Part shown: one piece after another, positions 36,688-48,590 of the stretch
Layout of the letters: each line of letters starts with the position of its first letter
Numbering within the stretch: position 1 is the stretch's first letter
Assembly (NCBI RefSeq): GCF_009834535.1
Contig: NC_045696.1
Span: forward strand, 61,692,001 to 61,756,000
Reading direction: 5' to 3'
Source: Camelus ferus
Taxonomy: Eukaryota
DNA length: 64,000 nucleotides
The notes under the pieces: generated by a model
Databases searched by the model: none
Told to the model about the DNA's origin: nothing
The model's input: the letters and a program-made list of their open reading frames with translations, nothing else
Position numbers and translations under genes: made by a program

Positions 36688-38290
36688 GTAAGGGTTGCAA
36701 GTCTTTTTGGAGGGTTGAAAATAAAAATAAAGGTATAGTGGTAAGTCTGAAAGTCAAGGACAGTACTAACAAAATCGTATTTCTTTTTTTTTCTTTTTAA
36801 CTCTGTAACATAAAGCACAGATATAGAAAAACTTTACAAATACATAGGCTAGTGAATTATTAGAAGGCAAATACTCTTGTAGCTACCACCCAGGTCAAGA
36901 AACAGGACTTTGCCAGCCACCGTAGCAGCAGCCCTGTGTGTCCTGTCCAAATCATAGCCCCCTCCCTTCCTCTAAGAGTAACCCACTCTGCTGACTTTTA
37001 ATCACATCCTTATGTTTCTTTATACTTTTGTCACCAAAGTGAGCATTCTTAGACACTATAGCTTAGTCTTGCCCATTAAAAAAATTATTTCCATTAAGTG
37101 TCTTAATTTACAGGTTTCCCCTCTATCTCTTTTAAAAAAATTATCTGTTGAAGAACTTGGGTCATTTGACCTGCAGTTTGTCATTGTTGGGGTTTGGGTA
37201 ATTACACTCATGCAGTTCATCTGAGTTCTTTATTACCTGGAAATTGGTAACTGGTTCCAGAGGTGTGATCAGATTCAGGTTTGATTCTTTTGGCAAGACT
37301 ATAGGTGGTGCTGTCTTCTTTTATGAGTGGGTGTGTAATGTCTGGTGCGTTTCTTTTTTCAGCCATTGATCCTCATTGCCCCTTTGCTGCTTTCTGTTTT
37401 TTCATATTGATATTGTAGCATTTTAACTATTAGTGTTTTATCTCTACTTGCATGTATTTTGGGGTTTAAGGGGATACTTTATCACCTAGTTTTGTTGTAA
37501 AAGTTGTCTAATGAGTTTTTGGTTTTGTGTGTAATTGTTCTTTCTGTTTTATGTGTGGATTTAACTATATTAAAAAACTATGCTTTCACCATTTTCAGTC
37601 TTCCTAGAATCAAGACTTTAAGAAGCCCCCTTCAGATTCAGATCTTTTTGTCTCTAAATTTGGGGAAATTAAAATGTTTACAAAAGTCAATAGCACTGTT
37701 ACTAAAGACTGGCAGATAGGAAGTTTTTAACTATACATTTGCTACTGTCATATATTTTATGATGAGAAAATAAAAAAGTATTCAACCATGTGGGGTTTGT
37801 TTATCTAACCTAGTTTTCTGTTTCTTTTAGTGGTAGCTTTTACTTACCCTATATAAAGTTTGGAAAAGTGCCCCATCCTGAGAGAGCAAATGGGGTTCTG
37901 GAATTGTTTGTTTTTTTGGTCTGAGAGTTCTTTACTTGGGTGTGTTTTCTCTATGGAAACTTACTGAGTTATAGGCTTAGGATCTGTTCAGTTTTCTGAG
38001 TATATATTATAGTTTTAAAAAGTTTAAATTTAAAAAAAAAAAGGTCCCTGGAGTAATGGGATTTGTTAAGAAGTCATGCTCAACTTCTGTACAGTTTTTA
38101 TAACTTTATAATTTCTTAAGCATCCACTTGGAACAAGCTGTTAAAATAAAACAGCATGTGATAGATGGGTCCAAATCACGTACATTGTGTATTAAAATGT
38201 TTTGAATATTCATATCCCAACATGAGAGATGGCCTAGACTCTAGTCCAGATATAGCTTTTCTGATATGATGTTCTACCACTTTTTCTCAG

Positions 38291-38391
38291 AGTTTCCAAT
38301 TTTGAAATGCTGGGCTCAGTCAGAAGTGACAGCTGCTTGTGCTTTGAACAGTAAGGATATCTGCCAGTGGAACAATATGAAATATAAATCA
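38291..38391 (+). CDS. PIGX: PIGX exon 5
   Basis: TTTTTCTCAG|AG TTT CCA...AAA TCA|GTAAGT = E-FPILKCWAQSEVTAACALNSKDICQWNNMKYKS. 101 nt. Confidence 0.95.
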
Positions 38392-38447
38392 GTAAGTTAA
38401 CATTTTATGTTGTTTTCGGTCATGCAGCCTCATTTAAAACTCTTTTT

Positions 38448-38805
38448 AATGGTATCACTTATATGTGGAATCTGAAACAAAAGACAAATAAACTTATCTG
38501 CAAAACAGAAACAGTCTCTCATAGAGGACAAACTTGTAGTTATAGGTTGGGGGAGCGTGGAGAGGGGATAAATTGGGAGCTAGAGATTTGCAGATACTAA
38601 CTGATATATATAGAATAGATAAATAACAAGTTCATGCTGTATAGTGCAGGGAACTATGTTCTATATCTTATAGTAACTTATGGTGAAAAAGAATATGAAA
38701 ATGAATATATGTACATCCATGTATGACAGGCATTGTGCTGTACACCAGAAATTGACACATTGTAAACTGACTATACTTCAATAAAAAAAAATATATAAAC
38801 ACAAA
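38448..38805 (+). mobile_element. Lineage-specific L1 3' end, sense to PIGX, in intron 5
   Basis: TATCACTTATATGTGGAATCT...CTGACTATACTTCAATAAAAAAAAA. TSD AAAACTCTTTTT (38436-38447) / AAAACCTCTTTTT (38806-38818). Confidence 0.9.
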
Positions 38806-41073
38806 AAAACCTCTTTTTGTAATGTTTCTGCCACATTTAAGGGATTAGCGTTTTATATTCTACCATAGGAAGCTGTCTTTTGTTTGCTTTTAATGTTGTT
38901 TCTCTGTCACTAATGGCAATAGTGGTTTCGCATTTATATAGAGTCATAGAATCATTTAATTTGGGGGGTGAAGATTTAAAGTTAGTCCCATGCTTCATTG
39001 ATCCAGAGCTTGAGTATAGCTGATACACTTTTTTTAAAAAACTGATTTTACTGAATAAAACTTCAATTTGTTTAGAACTTTTTATTCATTTTCAAACAAC
39101 AAATTAGTTTACTTATATTACACAGAATAAGTGAAAGAAGGGAAATAAAACTCTATAAAGTTGTATCATTTCAACTGTGATGAAGTTTCTAGGCAGTTGT
39201 ATTCTTATTATAATTCTAAATCTAGGCTATGTCAGGACATTTGTATAGTTTGTACCTCCCAACTTGTTTTCAGTTATTAAATAGATAAGTGTTAGTACTT
39301 CATTAACACTGGCTTTGTCTGAGAAGTCTACACTTTTCTACTTACCTTCTTTAGTTAACATGGTCTACCTCTTTCTTCTCTTCAGAGTGGTAAGTCTTTG
39401 TACAACACATTTCTTTTCTTTCCCTCTTTTTTTCTGTCCTTTTTTCCTCTTTTAAGAGCTGCCTTTTAAGTGATGCTTGTAGTATCTGAGTTTCTCTTTG
39501 TTCCTAATTCTATTTAAGGCCTGCTTTCTTTGGTTGAATGGCACAATCTGTGTCATTATTTTTACAATTTATTTTTACAAGGAGTCAAATGAGTTTGCAA
39601 CAAAAGTAAAATAAATTTAAAAAGTAGCAGACAACATAACTGTTTATCAGATAAACATAAAGCAGATTTATTCATATGTACTAATGTGAATAGATAGATT
39701 TGAACTGTTTTCCTCATAGTTACTTAGAAGTCTGTCTATCAGCTAGCTCAGGAAACTACTACTGATGGTAAAGGCTTACTACAAAGCACTACTATTTTGT
39801 AGAGGAGAACCTACTTTGAACTGATAGTTGGAAAGATGTATGATTACTTTATGCAACATAGAATTGCTTTTGAGATTTCCATTGCCATAGGGTACCTGAA
39901 TTTTTTTCAAACTCTAAAATACATCTGGAGAATTGCATTTGATTTTCTTATGTGAATGAAGAGTGTGATTAGTGTTTGTTCATGATTTATTGGTTTAAAA
40001 AATTGGTGGTATATGTTGCTACAAAATAAATCACCATATTAAAACATTTTAATTCAGTTCTCTTTAAGACCATGTAAATTGAAGTAAGCGGTCATAATTA
40101 AGTACTTTGATTTATTTCTTTGTTACATTTCTTGTGTGTGTACATGTATATATACATACATACACATACATACATACCAGAAAAATAGGTGACCATTACT
40201 AAGATGGTAATCTGTATACTAAGGCTCATTTTGTTTGAGATGCCATTATTTGAAAGATAGTTTCAGATGGCACTTTGTTACAGATTGTGTCAGTAACACT
40301 TTTGTGGGGGGAGGGATGTGAAAGTAGAATCCATGCATTTATAAAAAGAAACCAAAAATAAAAGTATTCCCAAGTTACCTAAATTCTAATGTTTTTAAAA
40401 ATCTATTTTTAAACAATAAAATTTCCCAAAGTTTCTAATTTCTCAAAGTTTCTAAATTTCCCAGAGTTTCTAGGTCTAATTGAAACCCTTTATCTTCAAA
40501 ACTGAATAGAAAATAGGAAGAAAATTGAACATAGGAAAACTTTTGCATTGCTAGTCAGTATCACAACTAATTGATGTTGTAATAACAGTAAAGGACACAT
40601 TCAGTTGTGTAATTTGTGAATAACAAACTTTTAAAAAGCTGAGGAGAGAAACAGCAGAATAGGAATGAATGGATGCTTTAGTTTTATTGTTGTTTTAGGG
40701 CTTCAACTTATAGAGAATTCTGTATTCTAATATGAAACATAGTAAGAGGAAATAAATGTTTCTATTGATTACAGAAGTGACAGAATATAGTTAGAATTTT
40801 TTTTAACAGTATACTCAACTCTATGTAAGAAGCAGAAAATGTCAAAAGTAATGAGAATTTAAGAATTATTGTGGGAATTGAGTCTGATTCTGTTACATTA
40901 ACTGATATACTGAATCTAAAAGAATCATTTAAACAGTAATGTTACAGGTAGTGTAGCATTGGCTGAGAGATATTTAGAAGAAAAAGTTAAATTAAAAATC
41001 AAAGAAGTAGTGGTCTCACCTTAGAACATTGATCTTAGATGTCTCTAACTTCTCTATCCATTTCTCTCCATAG

Positions 41074-41217
41074 GTTTATAAGAATGTGACTCTACAGGCT
41101 CCAGTGGGACTGACCATACATACCTCTTTAGTATGTTCTGTGACTCTGCTCATTACCATCTTGTGTTCTACTCTGATCCTTGTGGCTGTTTTCAAATATG
41201 GCCATTTTTCCCTCTAA
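41074..41217 (+). CDS. PIGX: PIGX exon 6 (C-terminal transmembrane helix, stop)
   Basis: CTCTCCATAG|GTT TAT AAG...TCC CTC TAA = VYKNVTLQAPVGLTIHTSLVCSVTLLITILCSTLILVAVFKYGHFSL*. Spliced CDS totals 762 nt = 253 aa. Product is the stabilising subunit of GPI mannosyltransferase I. Confidence 0.96.
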   Translation, partial: VYKNVTLQAPVGLTIHTSLVCSVTLLITILCSTLILVAVFKYGHFSL

Positions 41218-42990
41218 GTTTTATGCAGTTAAATGCGTTCCAGAAACCTAAGTAAGACCTATTCATTTGCGACTAGAAGCGTTCTTCTAGAATTACATCA
41301 TTACTTTTGTCTTTTGTCTTCATTTATGGCTAATATTATGTTTACTAGAGGAAATTCTGGATCATTCTCAACTAATTTCAAAATTCAGTGTTCTGTAGTA
41401 TAGACCTTTGATAATCCTCAAGCATCAAGTGCCAACAGAGGAAACTTAATTCTGTTAAATTAATATTTATTTTGTGAGAAGTGACTTTATCTTCATTTAG
41501 GTTATAAGTGAGTACTTTAGTAGAGACAAATTATTGCTAAAAATTGAGAAAATTGTTTTGAGTAAGAATAATTTGGATGAATCAGACTTTATTTAACTGT
41601 TTATCTTAACGAGAATATTAGAGTAATTTATCCAGGATTTCAAAGAAAATCATTAAAGTAGGACAGCTAAGAAGTTATGAAAATTGGTTATTTCTTAAAG
41701 CATTTCCATTCTCCTTTTATAGTTTATAGTACTTCTTTTGAATATATGAATTGGCAAAGGGCTTATGAAATTACGTACTAAGATTTAGTTCTGATTTAAT
41801 TCTGAATTTGTCAGGAACACAATTCAGATTGTCATTTTAAAGAGTATATTTTATTAAGTTGTACAGCTACAAAACTTTTTTTGTATTTTCAGGTGATTTT
41901 AAAAAAAAAAAAAGGTCTGATTGACTCTTTTTCTTTGGAAAAAATTAGAAAATAAAGTAAGTGCCATAAGCTAATTAAAAAATAAAAGGATAAGCATGTT
42001 TCAAAACAGAAACCAATGAACTGGGGTATGTTTGACACTGTTTGTTTTGTATGGCATAATGGGATATGATATACTTTATACATACTATCATTCTTAATTT
42101 CCTAAAACTTTCTGGTGTTTTTATGGGAATAAATCTTTTATAATTTGCCATGTACAGCTTGACCTAGTAAAAAGAGTTCTTTTTAAGGTGTGTTTGAGAA
42201 CATTTATTTTGGAAAAGGCAAGCCAGTGCCATAAAGCATAAATATTAGAGATCTTTAAAATGATGAAAATTTCAGCCTAGTCTTGTTTCATAGCTGTTTA
42301 TTGTTTTCTTATAAGAAAGAATTCCACGTTTTCCAGGCATTTTTTTTTCACAATAGGATTAAGTATAGTGGCACTGAAATAGAATTATATGCCAGTTAAA
42401 ATTCAGTAACATCAACAACCTTTTGGAATATGGCTAGACTAGGTGGAGGAATACAGTACTGTTTAACCTCTGAAGAGCTTTGGGATGTGTGTGTGTGTGT
42501 GTGAGAGTGTGAGTGTGATCTTTATTTTCTTTTGTACATCAAAGCCAAGATTCATCAGTATTTAAATGTTTTCAAGTTAATATTCAAGATTGTGGCTTGG
42601 AACATGATTCAGCCATTTTCTCATTTATACAGGTGTTCAGAAGTGTAATAAAAATGTGAACGTGACTAAAGATACTTTGATATGACTTTTCTTGCCTGAT
42701 AAATGTTGCAGATGACATTACTATTGGTATAACAGAACATTTCTGGTTTTGAATCTTTACATTATCTTCTTTGGATACTTAAAAAGTGAATAAGCACTTT
42801 ATTTTTTAAAAACTTTAAATTTTTTAAAGTTTCATAATTCTGTGTATGGTCTTTTTTGTTTATAGCCAAGAAAATGGGTACTGTTCTCCTGGTCATTGTA
42901 TTCCAGTATTTGTTCCACTTTTATGGTTTATTTTTCTCAAAGTATTCTGTAATTTTTTTGGAAAATAAAAGAGACACAGGTTACCTCAAC
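41218..42990 (+). other. PIGX: PIGX 3' UTR with several candidate poly(A) signals
   Basis: AT-rich, repeat-poor sequence after the stop. AATAAA near 41951, 41981, 42128, 42647 and 42964; the site actually used cannot be determined. Confidence 0.5.
42486..42517. repeat. (TG)n microsatellite in the PIGX 3' region; also (TACA)n at about 40150-40178 and (TG)n at about 48817-48843
   Basis: Direct inspection. Confidence 0.85.
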
Positions 42991-44111
42991 TAAGGGTGGA
43001 GGTGGGGCAGAGATTGTTGTGTGTGTATCTCAGCCATTCTACCAGGAACTTAGATTATTCAGCCAGATCTCCTGGAGGGTGGTGCATACATGGCTTAGGA
43101 ACTGGGAAGATATATTTCCACTCTAGTGATTTCAGAATATAATGAGTATAAGGATTATTCTAGTCAGGTAGTCTACTCATTTTGTGCTACTCATCTATAT
43201 TTTGATGATTGATGTTAATTGACATGATATGGAGATAAAGAACTTAGGGTGAAGTGACTATCCTTTCAGGCCTGGGCTGAGAGTCAATCTGTTCAATGAG
43301 GATTTGTATTTGTTCCTTCTAGGCCCCCCAGCACCACCAGCCTGGGACATTTTCTTGACTTGAGGTTTCCTGGACAGTGTAGGTATTATAATTTGAACTT
43401 TCAAACCCACATGAGGGAAAGTGTGTGTTCATGAATTCTAAAGGGAATGTTTTTTCCCCCTCAATGCCAAGTCCAGGCTAAAACATGCAAATATCTTCAT
43501 GTCTCCCTGGGCTGGTACAGGTGATTTTTATTTTTCCAGGCTGTTTTTGGAGGGTATAGCCTTTTGAGTTTTCCAGCCTTGTACAGGATTACAGTCCCAA
43601 CCTCTTTTACAGGCCCAAGGCCTTGTGTTTGGTCTCTTGCCTCCTGTGCAGCCAGTAAAACCACAGATTTCTGAAATAAGTAGCTTTTCTCAGTACAAGT
43701 ATGGCTTCATTGACCTGTTTACCACTCTGGTTTCTTGCTCCCTCTTTGGGTTAGTGTGGAGTTTGGAAGACTATCAGAGGTATTCCTCTTTCTTTCTTGA
43801 AAGCTTAGTTATGCCTTTGAAAGGATGTTCTTTTTTATCGAGCAGACTGTGTGTTTAAGAGCTGACAGTTTTTCAAGTTATCTAATACTGTGCCATATTG
43901 CTCCTTGAATCCTTTCTCTTGTAATCATACCAATTGAATTTTTTGCTCTACATCTATCAATAAGAACAATCTGGCTACCCAGATCTACTTCCCCTGCTGC
44001 CTCCCTAGTATCAATCATGATTACTGCCTCCCTAGTTCGTTCCCTTTAGAAAGAGGGGACAGGGAGGGGGAGAGAGGGAGAGGGAGAGGGAGAGGTTGTA
44101 CACATTTCAAA

Positions 44112-44130
44112 ACTACAGTTCCCAGCAGCC
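44112..44130 (+). promoter_or_regulatory. ZNF143/THAP11 (SBS) motif ACTACAGTTCCCAGCAGCC
   Basis: Matches the ACTACAnnTCCCAG consensus, about 100-150 bp upstream of PAK2 exon 1. Confidence 0.8.
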
Positions 44131-44229
44131 ACCGCGTGGGCCCGCCCTCTGGGAGGTGGTGCCCGTCTCCGCCCAGTGGAGCTCCCGGCTTCGGCCCCGC
44201 CCCTCCCCGCTCCCTGCCGTCGCCCTCCC

Positions 44230-44520
44230 CTAGGGTTGTGGCCACGCGCGGCGGCGGCGGTTGTTCCGCTTCCCCTCTGGCCTGGGCCGTCGCCATTGCC
44301 GAAGGCTCTCTGCCCTCCCCTCCCGGCGCCCACGGGGCTCGGCTGCCGCTCGGCCTAGCAGTAGCAGCGGCTGCGCTCCAGCGCGGCTCCTCTTCCCGCC
44401 CCGCTTCCCCTTCCCTCCCCTCCCCGTCCCGCGTCGCGCGCTTGCTCGGGGCGGCTCCTGAGCCCGCTGGGAGCTCGGCCGGAGGCTCCTCGCTGGGGCG
44501 GGGACCTTTCCTCGCCTGGG
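44230..44520 (+). other. PAK2: PAK2 non-coding exon 1 (5' end approximate); intron 1 runs past the window end
   Basis: GGCCGTCGCCATTGCCGAAGGCTC...CCTAGCAGTAGCAGCGGCTGC...GGGGCGGGACCTTTCCTCGCCTGGG resembles the PAK2 5' UTR as I recall it. Strong donor GGG|GTAAGT at 44520/44521. Conserved CEP19-PIGX-PAK2 order. No PAK2 coding exon found in the window. Confidence 0.82.
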
Positions 44521-45898
44521 GTAAGTGTGCAGACAGGCCGGGACGCGGGCCGTCGCTTTCCTTCCTCCTTCCTTCTCCGCGGCCTGGCCGGCGCGAGCGA
44601 CCCGGGGCAGCCGACCTGGCCCGCGCAGGGCCGGGAAGCCGCCACCTGCGTGCCTCGAGCCGCAGCTCTTGGGGCGGTGGCTCATTGTCTGCGCCCGTGG
44701 GCTGTTTTCTTCTCCAGCTTTAGCCTGAAATGGGAAGCTTGCTGGGCTGGTGAGATCTAACTCTTCCTGGACCCGGCCCTGCCCTGAACCTTGTCGCGCC
44801 ACAGCCTCTGCCCTCTGTTGGTCTCCCTTCCCTCACGTTTCAAACCTCCTTGTTTTCTCCATTTACCTCACTGTTCGACAAAACGTTTCGGGTTTTGTTC
44901 CTCGATTTTTCGCCTCTTACCGAGTCCCAGCCCCTCCTTGCTACCTCTCTGGTCATCCCAGTTTCATTGCTTAGGCAAGTTGTCTGGAGTCACTTTACTC
45001 TTTTCTAAACTGCAACCTGTGATCTCTTCCATATTCCTCATTAGTAGAAACGTATCGTTTCCCGAGGGTTTGAGGGCCTCCGCTTAAGAACAGAACTTTC
45101 GGATCTTCTCGTGATTCTTGTTTGATCTTCAGCCAGAAGGTGAATATTTGCTTCTTTAGGTAATTCGGGTGAAGATTGGCTTTTCACCATGTTTGACTTC
45201 CTTTAAAATAACAGACACTAAACGTTGCCGAAAATTCCTCAGTGGACTCAAACTTTTGACTAATTCTTTAAAGATAGAGTCATCCAAGAACTGAAGAGTG
45301 GGAAGTAATTGCCATTATCGTCGATTGTGGGGTTGGTATCCGTCCTTGTCTCTTATCTTTAATGGGAATACTCTGAGCAGTGTGAGCGTGATTTCTGCCC
45401 TCCTAGGTAAACAACTCCCATTGGTATAATTATCTCAACTCTGTTTTACAAGTGATTTATAGTTTTTTGTCGTCTTTTTTAACCTTTGTAAAAAAGACAA
45501 TCAAAGTGGTTAGGCCTAAAATTAGACTACGACGAGCAGTGTTTTGGATCAAGGTTGTGCACGTCACGTTTTTTCCCCTGCTCTGTTTGACTCTTCCGCT
45601 CTTATAAGTAGGCAGGATATTGAAATGTAGAAGAATTTGCTCTGGGGGTTTTGTTTTCTTGGGGTTATTCAAAGAATAACATTAAATAAAGTTAGATTGG
45701 AATGAAGGCAGTGAGTAGTAATTTTTAAAAGCAGGTTAGAACTTGTCAACTTTGCAAGAAACTGGCATTTATAGAAAACTCATAATCACTTCTGTATATA
45801 ATATATGTATGAAAAAAATATGTAAAAATGAAAAGCTTTGTTCATGTTCTCCTGTTAAAGGTGTTAATTTAAGGCAGCTCCTTCATCCTTGGCTTTTA

Positions 45899-46093
45899 TT
45901 TTTATTCATTTATTTATCGAAAGTATAGTCAATTACAATGTGTCAATTTCTGGTATACAACACAATGTCCCAGTCATACATATACATACATATATTCATT
46001 TTCATATTCTTTTTCATTAAAGGTTATTGCAAGATGTTGAATCTAGTTCCCTATGCTATACAGAATAAATCTGGTTTTTAAAATCTATTTTTA
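45899..46093 (-). mobile_element. Lineage-specific L1 3' end
   Basis: Same family terminus, antisense. Exact 15-bp TSD CATCCTTGGCTTTTA at 45884-45898 and 46094-46108. Confidence 0.9.
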
Positions 46094-48279
46094 CATCCTT
46101 GGCTTTTAAATCTGGTTATTAATTAGCCAAGAACACTGACTTACATTTTGAAAAATGAACCTTAAAATGTTTCTGACCTGTAATATATATGGGTCTTAAA
46201 CCCACTTTTTAGGTTTTGGTGAAAGAGTTTGACCTAAATTCAGTGAATTTTATATTTTCACTAAATAGTTTATCGTTACCTAAATGACTTAGTACTGAGC
46301 TTCAATACCGTCATTTTTGTAGTGTGAGTTGTCCTTAATTCAGTGAGATGTCTACTTTGCCTAAGGGGTTAAGGTATAGAAATGCTTGAGTGTGAAACTA
46401 AGTCTGTTGATGTCAGCTTCTCTGCCAGTTCTTTCTATAAGCAGATACTTTTATTGAGGAAAAGTTCTAGGTGTTCTGCTTCCCTTAGGGCCTTAATTCC
46501 TGGTTTACAGTTATTCAAAGAGAGAATTATTCTTCTGGACTTTGTGACATTAAATACTAACCTTGCAAACCCAAATTCATAAAGTAAGTTTGTAGTTGAG
46601 TCTATCTACTAAACAAATGAATAGAGGTTCCTATGATTCTCTATCTTTAGATAGGCAGGTTTCCAAGTAGACATGGTTAACAGTGGCTGTATATATCTTT
46701 TCAGTTGTAGTTTTTTAAAGAGAAAACTTAGAACTTGCTCAGGTAGCTAAGGATTAAACATTCTTTTTAAAAGAGAGACCTTGTTCAAATAGCTAGGGAT
46801 GAAATAAGTAGGTATTGTTAAATACTTCCTATGTTTAATCTGTCAATATTGATTATTCTGATATTTGAGTATAACATTTCTCTTGGCTTTTTAAATTTTC
46901 CACCTTTGAATAAAATGTGAAACTTCACCTTGTTCAAGTCTTTAAGGCTTTGGCGTTCTGATCAGTTTTCAAAAGCCCTTCCAGTTATTTAGAGGGCTAA
47001 TTCCAGACTAGTCAGAGGGAGGGTATTAAGTTACTTGCAAATCTGAGTTGTCCTTTATATCCTTCTTGTACCTTGGTAGAAGCAGAAAGAGATGGAACAA
47101 AATAGCCCCTGTTGCCTTGAAGAAATACGTATTGTTTTCCTCTGTGATCAGAATTGAGTTTCACTACTTCTTCATTTTAGGATCACTAACCTGAATATGA
47201 TAGTCAGTCTGGACATTCATGCTGGATTTCAGACGTCTAGCCTATTATCTCTGGGGTACATTAGTACTTATCATTCCATGTATCACAAGTGGTTAGGAGC
47301 TGAAGACCTGGGTTTGAATCCTGCCTCTTCTGCTTCACCCTGGGCAAGATACGCATTCTTCTCAAGACTTGTTTTTTTCATCTGTAAAATGAGAATTAAT
47401 AATAATAACAATATAATACAAATTTCATAGGGGTATTTAGAGCAAATGAAATAATGCAGCACAAGTACTTAGCAAATTCAGTGTCCACATGCTTAATAAG
47501 TGTTAGTTAATATTCCATTCTAAAATAGGTTTTATATTTAATTGCTTCTACAGCAGATGTTATACTTCCAAACTTAGACTGCTTTCTGAAAGTGGTTGGA
47601 ATTTCAGAGCCAATTTTCAGGGACCATAATTGTTAAATTAAAATTTACTTTTCAGGGAAGAAAAAATAGTTTCACCACTGAAAGAAAATACAGGTTTTTT
47701 TGAATACACATTTCTCAGATTTTAAAATATGCATACTTCTCATAGAAAATTTAGAAAGTAGTGACAGTTATTAAGAAACAGGACAAAAATTACTGTACAA
47801 AAATCACTCAGCCCCAAAGATAACCATCATAACTAGAATAGAAGTGTGTTTTTCCTTATTTTTAAATTACATTCCAAAAGCAGTCAGTACATGCTTATTA
47901 CAAAAGAGTCTAGCAAGTCAGTTATATAGAGTGAAAAGTGAAAATTACTTTCCTTACCTTCTAGTCGCTTTCCTTACAGATATCCACTGTTAACAATTTT
48001 GTTTTCTCTATGCAATTAGAAATGAGCACTGTGTGGGTGTAGTTTTACCTTTTTTTTTTTTAATGAAAAAAATCTAATTATAAATTTTTTTCCATCTCAG
48101 TATGTATAGTTCTGCTTCATCTTTTTCATGGTTGTACTTTACTTAATTATTCATGGTTGTTATTTCCACTTTTGAGCAACTAAAACTGGAGCTTTAATGA
48201 AGTTTCTTATACCTTTGTGCCCATGCATATGTATACAAGTATTTCCATAAAAAGGATTTTTAAGTGTATATTTTAAGTG

Positions 48280-48590
48280 TTTTTTTTTAATTGAAATATA
48301 GTCAGTTACAGTGTGTCAGTTTCTGGTGTACAGCACAGTGTCTCAGTCGTACACATAAATACATATATTCAGTTTCATATTCTTTTTCACTAAAGGTTAT
48401 TACAAGATATTGAGTCTGGTTCCCTGTGCTAAACAGAAGAAATTCGGGGTTTTTTAAATTCTGTTTTTATATATAGTGGCGAACATTTGCAAATCTCAAA
48501 CTCCCAGATTTATCCCTTCCCACTCCCTGGTAACCATAAGATTGTTTACTATGTCTGCGAGTCTGTTTCTGTTTTGTAGATGAGTTCATT
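48280..48590 (-). mobile_element. Lineage-specific L1 3' end
   Basis: Poly(T)-AATTGAAATATAGTCAGTTACAGTGTGTC...GTCTGTTTCTGTTTTGTAGATGAGTTCAT; homologous to 38448-38805 on the opposite strand. Confidence 0.88.

Larger units (their letters stand above)
44100..44930. promoter_or_regulatory. PAK2: PAK2 promoter CpG island
   Basis: CpG-dense island with GC boxes (GGCCCCGCCC) and YY1-like CGCCATTG (44291-44298). Confidence 0.85.

Noticed and set aside
36477..36800. 107-aa single-exon ORF MMVSENF... as a standalone gene or PIGX start
   Set aside because: It is PIGX exon 4 plus intron read-through; upstream exons 1-3 splice in frame.
44021..45087. Cluster of long overlapping ORFs (up to 195 aa) at the PAK2 CpG island
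   Set aside because: Low-complexity P/G/R/A translations expected from stop-poor GC-rich DNA. Several use non-ATG starts, cross the exon-1 donor and resemble no protein I know. PAK2 exon 1 contains no ATG.
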